64,000 nt of DNA. Origin: Octopus bimaculoides (taxonomy: Eukaryota). Below the pieces are notes generated by a model that did no database searches, had not been told where the DNA came from, and was given only the letters and a program-made list of their open reading frames with translations. The stretch's first letter is position 1; every line of letters starts with the position of its first letter. Below, one piece after another: positions 1 to 12,087 of this stretch. The position numbers and the translations under genes were made by a program. The stretch is taken from contig NC_068985.1 in the NCBI RefSeq assembly GCF_001194135.2, forward strand, positions 100,495,085 to 100,559,084, written 5' to 3'.

Positions 1-84
1 CCTCCTCTGGCTTCCTCTGGTTTCACTTCCCTGGATTATGAATATTATCTGGAGTGTAGATTTAAAACAAATATAAACAGTACA

Positions 85-484
85 GGAGTGGCTGTGTGGC
101 AAGTTGCTTGCTTACCAACCACATGGTTCCGGGTTCATTCCCGCTGCGTGGCACCTTGGGCAAGTATTTTCTACTATAGCCTCGGGCCGACCAAAGCCTT
201 GTGAGTGGATTTGGTAGACGAAAACTGAAAGAAGCCTGTCGTATATATGTATGTATGTATGTTTGTGTATATGTTTGTGTGTCTGTATTTTTCCCCCCAC
301 ATCGCTTGAGAACCGATGCTGGTGTGTTTACGTCCCCGTAACTTAGCGGTTTGGCAAAAGAGACCGATAGAATAAATACTAGGCTTACAGAGAATAAGTC
401 CTGGGGTCGATTTGCTCAACTAAAGGTGGTGCTCCAGCATGGCCACAGTCAAAATGACTGAAACAAGTAAAAGAGTAAAAGAGA
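85..484 (+). mobile_element. tRNA-derived CORE-like SINE, family A (near full length, internal microsatellite)
   Basis: A-box-like TGGCTGTGTGG, B-box-like GGTTCATTCCC, CORE-like CACCTTGGGCAAGT, internal (TATG)/(TG) tract and (GTAAAAGA)n tail. The same sequence recurs about 10 times in the window. Resembles octopus OR-type SINEs, from memory. Confidence 0.9.
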
Positions 485-681
485 GTACGCAGACAGGCAC
501 ATCATGAGAATAATTTCCCTTTAACTTTACAGTATGTCGTAAAGCATAATCATTCGATTAGAAAGACCGGCACGTGTTTCCGCTGCATAGAGTATGCGCA
601 GTGGTACATGGAACCCCATCATAATCTTCTGTGCATCTCCATTCAGGGTCCGTCTAGATAAAAGTTATACACAAGATAAAA

Positions 682-772
682 GATAAATTTGGGATAAATT
701 GAGAGATATAAGCTATATAAATGATATCTCCCAGGTGATATCATTTTATCGCTATCGTCACAGAAGAAACAT
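682..772 (+). repeat. Arm 1 of an inverted repeat pair (partner 4673-4764)
   Basis: About 88% identity by eye to the reverse complement of 4673-4764; internal palindrome AAATGATATC-N8-GATATCATTT. Confidence 0.85.
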
Positions 773-1351
773 TGTATAAAAGAACTTAATCTAAGAACAA
801 AAAAAAAAAAGAAAACAGAAACGGAAAAATAGCTTCAAAGATAGAGATCTAATGTAGCTTATTTCCCCTATTTTGACATAAGCGACAGTTTGTTGCTGTA
901 GAATGCATATAGCATTTTGCGAATGGAATGAGTTTTCATCACTAGCTTGTCCTTAACACACGCTAAAGACAGGTAACCACGCTGAAACTCGAGTACGTGT
1001 GTATCACGTAAGGCTAGAGATGGGAGCGATGACCTCCCCTCGCAAATATTATCGTTTTACTAGTTAGTGTATTGGATAGACGAAGGTTATTTTGTGAATA
1101 TCCGTTTGAATGTGTATTATTCAATACCCGCCTTCAAGTTTGATGAATAGAATTTTACTGTCGTTATAAGGAAATTTAAATATAGTAAACACGTAAATCC
1201 TAAGAGGGTGTCAAATGTTCTTCTGGATGGTAAAATCGCGTAATTGTCAAGAACACATGTATTTATCTTAGAAGTGTTATATCTGACAACATTGCAACGA
1301 TGTTTATGTGTCTTGATGGTCAAAGATAATCATACACTATATCTATTAAGA

Positions 1352-1570
1352 AAGGCGTCGATCTGGAAGAAACGTGAAGGCGCTGGACAAAATGTTAAGC
1401 AGCGTTTCTTCCGACTATACATTCTAAGTTCAAATGCAACAGGAGTCGACTTTACCTTTCATCCTTTCGGGGTCGATAAAATAAATATCATTTGAACACT
1501 GGGGTCGATGCAATCGACATAAATCTACCTCCGAAATTCCTGGCCTTGTGCTAAAATTTGAAACCAATAT
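1352..1570 (+). mobile_element. tRNA-derived SINE family B (diverged)
   Basis: B-box-like AAGTTCAAAT, central gtcgactttacctttcatcctttcggggtcgataaa, 3' ggccttgtgc. Confidence 0.85.
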
Positions 1571-1845
1571 GTTTATTGGTTTACTTTACGTGGAGCATTC
1601 TAAGGATGAACACCTGAGGAAAACTACCTGAGCAGTGTATGAACAGCAGTCATGTAGACGTTTAGATAGCGTAGGGTGTTTCTTGCCCTGTCGGATGTCA
1701 AAGATACTCGCGTATACTTTTGTAACTGCATGTGTTTTGGCTTATGAATAAATAGCGGCGTGAGACGTGCGGAGTTCTAACTCATCGTGCGCGGCAGGGT
1801 TTCGGCAATCTCTATTTACACTGTCTTAGTTTGCCTGTATTTGTT

Positions 1846-1995
1846 TTATTTTTTATTCTTTTATTCTTTTAGTTGTTTCAGTGATTTTCACTGCGGCCAT
1901 GCTGGAGCGCCGCTTTAAAGGGTTTCTAGTCGAACCAAACGACCCTTGGACTTATTCTTTGTAAGCCTAGTACTTATTCTATCGGTCTCTTTTCA
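1846..1995 (-). mobile_element. SINE family A, 3' half
   Basis: Reverse complement of 355-480 (ggacttattctttgtaagcctagtacttattctatcggtctctttt). Confidence 0.85.
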
Positions 1996-2034
1996 CCGAT
2001 AGAATAAGCTTACAAATTGAAATTCGCTTACAAA

Positions 2035-2320
2035 TTGAAATTTACCTTTCATCCCTTCGGAACAAATAAAATAAAGTACTAGTCATGTACTAGTGTCGAG
2101 TTTATCAACTAACCCTTCACACCAAGACTTTTGCCTTGTAGCTGAATTAGAAACACTTAAGGCGCCAAGCAGTTACAATCGTGGGTTCGTTAGTGGAAAT
2201 GCTTAGTGGCGTTTCTTCTGGTACTTTACGTTCTGAATTTAAATCCTGCCGGTCTCAAATTTACCTTTCATTCTTTCAGTATCAATAAAACAGTATATCA
2301 AACAGGTACTGATAGCTGTG
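2035..2320 (+). mobile_element. Two SINE family B fragments
   Basis: tttacctttcatcccttcgg at ~2041 and tttacctttcattctttcag at ~2260. Confidence 0.65.
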
Positions 2321-3052
2321 TAATTGACTATCATTATTCCTTTAAAGCTGCTGTCCTGGCGTCGAAATTCGAAAAGTTTTCGATTTTTCTCACCAAAAAA
2401 CAGAAAAAAAAAAGAAAGGGAATTTACTGTTTTCTGACACAATATTTACACACTAGTGTTTTTATAGCTTTATCTGCTACAAAATCCAACGTTCCAAAAA
2501 AGAATTATGTCAAAATTATTCTTGTCTTTGTTTGTGGCTTTTACTCTGTAGTTCTTCTCAATATTATTTTTTAGTACATTATATTCTGAATTATTTTCTA
2601 TGTTAATATTATAGCTACATGAATCGCATATGTTTCTGGCATTTTGATTGGTGCTCTTGTAGTCTCTACGCTGTCTTAGTTGATATTACAATTCTTCAAA
2701 TTATGTATTAATTCGAGCGCGAAATAATATCGAATTATTAAAAAAAAAAACCCTGAAGTACTTAATATTGTGTCTTGGCCTTGTGTTCTGGCAAATAGTC
2801 TCTTTGCCTTTATGCAATATTATAGTTTGCAGATGTAACAACGCGTATGAAAATATATTGCATATTAATATACACACGCAAACGCATATACATGTCTGTA
2901 TGTATGTATTTCAGTGTGCTTCTATGAAGATTAGATTACACAAGAATGCATTTAGATGTGTATACTGGTTATATCAGAGTGAAGATATCTCAAATCTTTT
3001 GATACACCGGAGGGGTTATAGGTGTATGGGATTTTATACGTATGTGCGTATC

Positions 3053-3083
<31 letters not shown>

Positions 3084-3158
3084 NNNNNNNNNNNNNNNNN
3101 NNNNNNNNNNNNNNNNNNNNNNNNCACACCCACACACCCACACACACACACACCCACC

Positions 3159-3191
<33 letters not shown>

Positions 3192-3324
3192 GTACGCTCA
3201 TACATATACGCATGCACACAAATCAGTAGATAGATATGCATGTGTACATGTTCATACAAACATATTTATAAAAGAATCGCTAACTCCAAACGTATTTTTT
3301 TAATTCTCTCTCAATTTTTTTTCC

Positions 3325-3478
3325 CAGTGTTCCATTCTGTTGAAGAGCACAGGCTCGAAACATAAAAGATATTCTCACCTTCCCGAGCGTGAAACTGATA
3401 CACCTGCTTGTTGTTTATACACCAGCTTGTTGTTTATACACCTGACTTCGTCTTTTGTTTTTCTGTAAATCTTAACTA
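3325..3478 (+). mobile_element. Possible Penelope-like terminal repeat fragment
   Basis: tgttgaagagcacaggctcgaaacataaaag...ttcgtcttttgtttttctgtaaat, with a TGAAGA...CGAAAC signature, ending in (TA)-rich DNA. Confidence 0.45.
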
Positions 3479-4117
3479 TATATACATGTACATCTCTATA
3501 TACATAAATCTAATGTATATCTATAACCATATTAAGCTCTCTGACTCTGTCTCTGTCTCTGTCTCCGTCTCTCGTTCTNNNNNNNNNNNNNNNNNNNNNN
3601 NNNNNNNNNNNNNNNNNNNNNNNNNNNNNNNNNNNNNNNNNNNNNNNNNNNNNNNNNNNNNNNNNNNNNNNNNNNNNNNNNNNNNNNNNNNNNNNNNNNN
3701 NNNNNNNNNNNNNNNNNNNNNNNNNNNNNNNNNNNNNNNNNNNNNNNNNNNNNNNNNNNNNNNNNNNNNNNNNNNNNNNNNNNNNNNNNNNNNNNNNNNN
3801 NNNNNNNNNNNNNNNNNNNNNNNNNNNNNNNNNNNNNNNNNNNNNNNNNNNNNNNNNNNNNNNNNNNNNNNNNNNNNNNNNNNNNNNNNNNNNNNNNNNN
3901 NNNNNNNNNNNNNNNNNNNNNNNNNNNNNNNNNNNNNNNNNNNNNNNNNNNNNNNNNNNNNNNNNNNNNNNNNNNNNNNNNNNNNNNNNNNNNNNNNNNN
4001 NNNNNNNNNNNNNNNNNNNNNNNNNNNNNNNNNNNNNNNNNNNNNNNNNNNNNNNNNNNNNNNNNNNNNNNNNNNNNNNNNNNNNNNNNNNNNNNNNNTA
4101 TATATATATATAAATAT

Positions 4118-4160
<43 letters not shown>

Positions 4161-4672
4161 CAGTTTATCTTTTTCTGTACTGAGAATGCGGTGATGCCTG
4201 AGCACTATGTTGAAGCATTTTAGTCGAATTAATGCATCGCCATTACTTACTTTTTTAAAGGCTGGTACTTTATATCGGTCTCTTTTGCCAAACTGCTAAG
4301 CATATATAGATACGTAGACATACATACACACATACACACACACACTTATATATACATATATATATATATTCCAACCATGGCTATTCCATCATATTACGAT
4401 AACCGGGGGAGCAAGAACGTACACTGAAAGTAACAGCAGTCGTAAAAATTATCAAGTATAAAGTTAACAGTGATTGAAGAAGAAAGAGAGAATGAAATAA
4501 TATTGATAGATTACATGTACTTTATGCAATGAGTCTCTTTCTCCGTAGTGGAACTGTTTATACTCTTTGACGCTAAAGCATCACTTCTGCATATTAGAAT
4601 ACAGAGGTTTATAGCATGTTGGTGAAATTTTATCTTTCAAACGATGTTTTATTTATTTATTTATTTTATGTC

Positions 4673-4764
4673 ATGTTTCTTTTGTGAGGACAGAGATAAA
4701 ATGATATCACCTTGGAGATATCATTTATATCGTTTACATCTCTCAACCTTGTCCCAAATTTATC
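4673..4764 (-). repeat. Arm 2 of an inverted repeat pair (partner 682-772)
   Basis: gataaaatgatatcaccttggagatatcatttatat...cccaaatttatc. Confidence 0.85.
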
Positions 4765-5037
4765 CATTACCTTGTTTATATCGCTCATTTATATGGGCAT
4801 TTATATATCTTATCTTGTCCGAAATATTAATGTTTGCAAATCTATTTCCTCACTGAGTATTATATACACGTACACACATATATTCACACACACACACACA
4901 CATACACATACACGCACACACAAAATGCACATATTCACATATAAACACACACACACACACATATATATATGAAATTTTGTATCTCTTTCGTATATATACA
5001 CATATAAATATGCACACGTACATACATGTATATACAA

Positions 5038-5095
<58 letters not shown>

Positions 5096-5156
5096 GCCTA
5101 TATATGATGTGTACCGCAGAATCCTTTGTGTTTTTGTTTTTATCTTTGCATTTACA

Positions 5157-5202
<46 letters not shown>

Positions 5203-5949
5203 CGCCACTTATAAGTGCAAACGTTCAATGAAACACTCGGTCAAGTGAGTCATTAGCCACTGATTCACGTGTTTATCGCGCGTCGAGATGTTCTAGATGA
5301 ATCACAGGAAAGCAATAATATCGTTACTGATAATACTTATAAAATGATTGTTATTGCTATTGATATCTAAGGTAAGACTGGTCAAGTTAACCTACGAACA
5401 AGTAATTCACTCTGTCGAGTAAGCCTTTGCGGAATCCATTCAGAGGCATTTGGTGTTTTTCTGACAACTTTCAAGTTGTTGATAAAGTCAAAATCTGATT
5501 TTGTTTTACATTCGCATATCTGGCTTCTAGAAGCAACGTCAATGAAGTAAAGGAAGATAAAATAATTACAACTTTACGAAGAATGAAATGAAAATGCTTG
5601 AATTTGAATTATATATTCGTGGTCATTCATATATCAATACTGAAGAGCGAGCGAAAACGTGTTGAGTTGCTTGTTGCGAAGTAGTGTGTACCTAGCCTGT
5701 TATTTTGTGTCTGTATGTGTATGTTTCATAATGACCTAGACTAGTTCGCTAGTGATGTGTGTCATAGCTTCTGTCCATTAAATGTGTGTAGATACTATGA
5801 ATTAGCATGATTTTTTTTATATATCTGTACGAAACGATCGTCTGCATGAGCTTGATAAAATATCTTTGAATATTATAAAGTAACTCTAGGCAATATAAGA
5901 AGTGTAGAAACTGAGTTATTGCCTCTTATACATTGAAGATTTTTAGACA

Positions 5950-6750
5950 TACATCAACTGGAAACTAATTCGTTGTTTTCATTGTGATTAACATAAAATG
6001 ACAGATAATGCAGACCTTCTCTGAGTATTAGTTTGATCTGTTCTTTAATGTCTATGTTGGATTGACCAGGAGATCTTCAGATATTTTCATTTATCCCTCG
6101 ATTTCTAAATGTGTTTTGATGGTGATGTGGTGATTCCGAACTGGACGACTGGATGGATAATTCTGTAAGTGGTCTGTAGGCTAGTATTTTGATGTGCAGC
6201 TGAGAGCAAATAATCTTTGTAAATCATGCCTTTCTTTACTCGTATGTTCTTTAATGCCAGCCCACCATGTTTTCTCATTCACTTGATGGCTCGTTTCAGT
6301 CTAGTTTTATTTGTGGAATATATACGATGTGTTTCTTTATGGTATTATACAAAATATCCCTGTAAGTTTATCTCATATTAATTCTATTTGCTGAAAGGTA
6401 TTTATAGCCGTTCGGGAAATATTTTCTGTTAAGAGAAAAAGAAAAATGTGCAGACTGGTTGAATTATCGGATACAGCATACAATGACCTTCTTTTAATTA
6501 TCTGTGCAGTTTTTATATCAGGCTGTTGAGATTTCATTCTGTCTTGATATCAGATGCACAATAGTGCCTGACTGTTTTATTTTTCAGCTTTCTTGAAAAT
6601 GATACTCGTTCTGTTTTGCGAATGCTTTTCAAACGTATTTGATTACTTTGAATGTGCTGTTTGATTGTGTGAAGACGTAAAATGTAGTTTGACGTTTGGT
6701 TTCTCGAAGGACTTAGAAGATTTAGATTTTACCGTTAAAGTGTTGGGGCC
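5950..6750 (-). mobile_element. Decayed LINE ORF2 C-terminal fragment, probably L1/Tx1-like
   Basis: Minus frame KHGGLALKNIRVKK (6230-6273) resembles the GGLGL motif downstream of L1/Tx1 RT. Many stops. Confidence 0.45.
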
Positions 6751-7189
6751 ACGTTATCAGTGCGCTGTGTTAGAAACATCCATATGCTGATTTTTTTTAA
6801 TGTCATCTATTCGTTTTCTGGGCATATCAATTTTGTGGTTGCAAGTTATAAATATAATTAAAATATTACTAAGCACTTAAACGCAGATACATGCGTATAC
6901 ACACTTACACATACATGCTTACATATCGTCTGCATGAATTAAGACTCTCATATATATTTTAATATCCTCTCTTCTCCATTTTTAACAAAATTGTTGAGTT
7001 TCATGGGATTTCTTTCCAAAAATTCACGACATATATACAAGTATTATTTTCAAATTCGCCAATTTACGACTGTAAGCTATCAGCAAAATATAAAGAATCA
7101 ATATTAGAAATCTTTTTTGGAAATCTCCAAATTAAAGGACGAATCTAATTCACCCTTTTTACACACACACATATGTATACGTATTTATG

Positions 7190-7392
7190 TGTGTTAGTGT
7201 GTTCTGTCCCCACGCCATCTGTTGACAAACGATGCTGGTATGCCTATGGCCCCGTAAGTTAGCGGCCGATAGATTAAGTACTAGGATTTGGAAGAATAAG
7301 TCCAGGAGTCAATTTGTTCGACTAAAACCCTTTAAAGTGGTGTTGCAGCATGACCGCAGTCGAATGACTGAAAGAAATAAAAGAAGATGAAA
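7190..7392 (+). mobile_element. SINE family A, 3' half (diverged)
   Basis: Matches 290-480: gatgctggt...gaataagtcc...tgactgaaa tail. Confidence 0.85.
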
Positions 7393-7435
7393 AGAATGTA
7401 TATATGTGTATGTATGTATATATATATATACATAC

Positions 7436-7466
<31 letters not shown>

Positions 7467-7589
7467 ATATGATATAATATAGGATAAAATCTTTATAAGA
7501 ATTTATCAAGTAGTCAGCGTGAAAAAAACCCATAAGGAAAAANNNNNNNNNNTATGTATGTATGTATGTATGTATGTATATATATATCT

Positions 7590-7806
7590 TTGTGTGTGTT
7601 TGTTATTTGTGTCTGTGTTTGTTCCCCCATCATCGGTTGACAACCGATGCTGGTATATTTAATTCCCCGTCAATTAGCGGTTCGGCAAACATGACCGGTA
7701 AAATAAATACGAGGCTCACAAAGAGTAAGTCCTGGGGTCGATTTGTTCGACTAAAGGCGGTGCTCCAGCATGACTGCAGTCAAATGACTGAAACAGATAA
7801 AAGAAT
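7590..7806 (+). mobile_element. SINE family A, 3' half
   Basis: caaccgatgctggt...taagtcctggggtcgatttgttcgactaaaggcggtgctccagcatg...tgactgaaac. Confidence 0.9.
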
Positions 7807-10269
7807 ATATATATATTTGTATATAATGTATTGGTAATAAAAGTCAGTAAAATTTGGCATCCCTTGATTATCAAATGAATTTACAGCAACTCATTATAAA
7901 CATAGTTATAGATCTGAAGGCTGATGCCACATATTCGACGTACACAGCTAAATAAAACCCACCAAACGAAACGAAAGAGTAACAGGGTTTTTCCAAACTA
8001 AATAAATGAATGAATAATTGAAGGGGAGAAAGTGAGAGAGAAAAAGTAAAACAAAAAAAAAAAAGGAAGAATTCTTTTATAACCTGACATATAATGGAGA
8101 CTTTTATATGAGAGATATACGTAGGTTTATCTTCATATAATATCTATGTTATATGGAAAATTAGAATTGTTCGTGATATATCAAAGAATCATATAAATTC
8201 TGGCTAAAGTGGGAAGCCCTGAGTTGATTTGAAATAAAAATATATCAAAGTGCATTGATATGGAAGTATTTATGTGTAATAAAATTCGTGCTATTTTATA
8301 TAACCTTTTCTGTTAATACATTTGAACATATATCATTATGATTGCCACTCGTCAAATGCATAAAAATACGATGCGTTTCATCTAAGGTAGCCTTTTGCAA
8401 TATTATAGGAATATTGTTTTTGTATTTTGTTTTGGTGATTATTCTTGTTTTTGTTTTTAGCTTCTGGTTTTGTTGGTGATTTTTTTTTATACGGTTTTAT
8501 GATTACATTACAATTCCTTTTGTCTTTTATATATATGCATTATACAATAGATATATAGACTACTCCTGACTTTGAAGTTCGTTAGCCATTATATTATATT
8601 GAAGTTTATCGATCTGTTATTGTGGTTGCTATTCTTACATCTAATAGTAATACTAAGGATAGAGATTTGGCTGTTGCAGCCCCTGCTGCTTCTGTAAGTA
8701 AAACACTTCTTATAATACTAATGTGGCTGCTTCAGCTGATGCCATTAGCAATTGTGTTTGGAGTGGTTGTGATGTTTGTGGTTGTGAAAGCATACATTAT
8801 GCTGTTCTCGTATCCTGCTATTTGCTTCCATGGCAGAGATAAATTCATGGCTGTAAACATATTCATCATTGTTATCATTATTTTAATTATTAAGATTATA
8901 ATTTATTCATCCTCATTAGCATAGATACATCCTATTTATAGCGTAATGGCTCATAAACAATTTATTTCAAGACATTGCCGATATACTTCATATTTTACAG
9001 TTTTATTTGTAGAGGAAGAGTGGGGACTCCGAGGCTGGTGAGGAAATTACATCTCGCTTGAATTCTTGCAAAAGCCTGCATTTTGCCTCTATATTCACTC
9101 CTTTGTCAAGTGTCTATGTTAAAGTACTTCCCAAAATGTCAATGCTAACATAGAATACTACTCCACAGTGGAATAATTCTACACTTCGATCTGAAAGATG
9201 ATGATGTAAAAAAAACACGAATGAAAATGAAATGAAAATAAGCGAATATCACTTTGAGAAGATATCATAATACTATAGATTATGTAATTTAATATGAAAA
9301 TTCCAACCAGGAATCGTTATCACGCTTTAAGTTACTTTGGCAGTCTCTATTTATATGTCTTGGGTGGTCCTATTTCTTCGCTTGGGGCGTCGACACAATA
9401 ATTTCTTTCCTGCGTCTTCCACATTTATGCCTGGTTCATCTTCAGAGGATTGCATCAACGGAGGATTTCCCTCTTGTTTCACTGTTGCGCCGTTTGTCAT
9501 TTATAATAATGTCGTGTTGGTATCATTCCCCCTTTGTATCTGTGAATGCATAACCTACATTATCTTAGTATTATTCTCCTTAACATTACAATATAATCTT
9601 TGATGCATGCTTATAACATATTTCCTCAGAAGGAATTTGAAATATTTGCCCTATTTTAAAGGAAATGAATATCGTTTCTGTTGTATGATTATTGATTTAA
9701 CTTAATACAATCAAATAAGAGATCATTGAAGCACATTTTGATATGCTTATCTCTCTCCCTACAGACACACACACGCACACATACAAATACATATATTATG
9801 ATTTCACTTAAGACTAGTGATAGTAAGGACATGTTACAACTCAATATTCATAAGTGCTTGATTAAAGCGTTAAGAGGTTTCGTAGTGTATATGAATCAAT
9901 GAATGTCAAAGGAATAGTGATTACATAAGTTATATATATATATATATATGTGTCTATATATATATATATGCATATATGTATGTATACGCATGTATATATA
10001 TGCATGTCTATGTATGAATGTAGGTATAATATATGTATGTATATATATATTACTCTTTTACTTGTTTCAGTCATACTGGAGTACCGTCTTTATCGTAGGT
10101 CATAAATCAGCGTCTGAATATAAGAATTTACTTTTCGTAATGAGATAAAAAGACCAAGGCTGTTTATATAATGTAGAATATTTATAAATAGAATGTCTTA
10201 CAGCTGTTTCCAGGATATTCATTATATCCCTTCACCGGAGACGGTGTGAGAAGATAATTAAGCAATAGT

Positions 10270-10700
10270 TAGTTTAGTTAAGTGAATGTAGAGATATTGT
10301 ATTTGTAAATCCAATGTTTAGGCAGAATGGTATACATATAGGATTCCAATACCTTGTGAGTAAGATCCAATTGATTTTAAGATTGGTTGTTGCCTTCGTA
10401 AATCCATTCTTAAGATTCCAATACCCTATGAGTAAAGTCCAACAGTCCTTGAAATTAGTCATTCCAAATACAGAGTTTACATATAGTGTTATTGAATCGT
10501 GGGCTCTGTTTAGAGAGTTCTGTTCAGAGAAAGCACATTTTTATTAGCTGACAGAACAGTAAGATGGACGTAATGCTACTAAACCTATTGCTCAGCGCGG
10601 TGACGATGTTGCCAGGTCACCGACTTAGAACCTTAAGAAATATCGAAAGTGTTTTCGGTGTCAAACAATTCTGCAAATCTATCTTCTTGTCTACTTTAAA
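10270..10700 (-). mobile_element. Decayed CR1/L2-like RT fragment with internal duplication
   Basis: Minus frame LLDFTHRVLES, repeated as LDLTHKVLES, resembles the RT segment after SCxTNL. Confidence 0.4.
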
Positions 10701-10774
10701 AGTAATTTTGCTAACTTACGTACAAGACCACGACTTCAGCACCTGACTATTTTATATATCACAAATGATGTGAG

Positions 10775-11035
10775 TAAAGGTTCAGCTCAGCAGATTTTGA
10801 ACTCAAATAGCCTGGAAAAAATACCACCAAGCATTTTGTCGACTCTCTAACGATTCCGGCAATCCAGCACCTTGGCTACCATGATATCAGTAGTTTCAAA
10901 TATTGGCACATGACCAGCAACTTTGATGAGAATTTGTTAGCTGGTACTATCCAACCCAGTTCTTCACTGGTACTTTGTTTTTACCAAAACCGCACGGCTG
11001 GAAGGCATAGTCGATCCGGAAACGATTTGTAAAGA
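10775..11035 (-). mobile_element. Two degenerate SINE family B fragments
   Basis: gattttgaactc...aaataccaccaagcatttt...ctaacgattc and actggtactttgtt...ggcatagtcga. Confidence 0.55.
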
Positions 11036-11473
11036 GCCAAATGAAATTTCGCACACAATTTTTTTTCTGATTTATAACGATTTTGCCAATCCAACATCTT
11101 GGCTATTTTGTCAAAAACAGCAATAAATAACACTCAAATATAACGAAACTATTTCCATGCAAATTCTTTTAAAGAGCTGAAATAAACTTCTGAATAATAG
11201 CATTTTGTCAAATTCAAATATATTATATATTAGAAGAAAATAAATCAAAACTTACATACTGAAATAAATGTACAAATAAGACCATATAAATATAGATATT
11301 TTATATAATTCACCTAGACAGATTAGCAGAAACGTATAAAAATAGACAGCAATGCACATATTCATAAATAGGCAAAGAAAACTAGTTATAGGGGAAAAAA
11401 TATTATTTATTCTAGTATTAACTGTAAAGAGTATGTTAAAATATTCTCGAAGCATTTCTGTCAACATTTATCA

Positions 11474-11600
11474 GGAGTGGCTGCGGGTTCAGTCCCACTG
11501 CATGGCACCTTGGACAAGTGTTTTCTAGTATAGCCTCGGGCCGGCCAAAAACTTGTGAGTGGATTTGGTAGATGGAAACTGAAAGAAGCTCATCGTGTAT
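11474..11600 (+). mobile_element. SINE family A, 5' half with internal deletion
   Basis: ggagtggctg joined directly to cgggttcagtccc, followed by the CORE-like segment, then runs into (TA)n and an N-gap. Confidence 0.85.
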
Positions 11601-12024
11601 ATATATATATATATATATATATATNNNNNNNNNNNNNNNNNNNNNNNNNNNNNNNNNNNNNNNNNNNNNNNNNNNNNNNNNNNNNNNNNNNNNNNNNNNN
11701 NNNNNNNNNNNNNNNNNNNNNNNNNNNNNNNNNNNNNNNNNNNNNNNNNNNNNNNNNNNNNNNNNNNNNNNNNNNNNNNNNNNNNNNNNNNNNNNNNNNN
11801 NNNNNNNNNNNNNNNNNNNNNNNNNNNNNNNNNNNNNNNNNNNNNNNNNNNNNNNNNNNNNNNNNNNNNNNNNNNNNNNNNNNNNNNNNNNNNNNNNNNN
11901 NNNNNNNNNNNNNNNNNNNNNNNNNNNNNNNNNNNNNNNNNNNNNNNNNNNNNNNNNNNNNNNNNNNNNNNNNNNNNNNNNNNNNNNNNNNNNNNNNNNN
12001 NNNNNNNNNNNNNNNNNNNNNNNN

Positions 12025-12087
<63 letters not shown>

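Noticed and set aside
85-160. tRNA gene
   Set aside because: A/B boxes are present but the sequence continues into a SINE body; no cloverleaf or acceptor stem could be completed for any SINE head
5296-5370. Signal-peptide-like plus-strand exon MNHRKAIISLLIILIK*LLLLLISK before AG|GTAAGA
   Set aside because: In-frame TGA, and AT-rich DNA gives I/L-rich translations by default
5393-5530. Minus-strand open frame SQICECKTKSDFDFINNLKVVRKTPNASEWIPQRL behind an acceptor
   Set aside because: No convincing donor, no recognisable homology, and it lies near a decayed LINE
8622-8924. Hydrophobic 100-aa ORF suggesting a membrane protein
   Set aside because: Non-ATG start, cryptic (GTT/GCT/ATT) simple-repeat composition and no motifs
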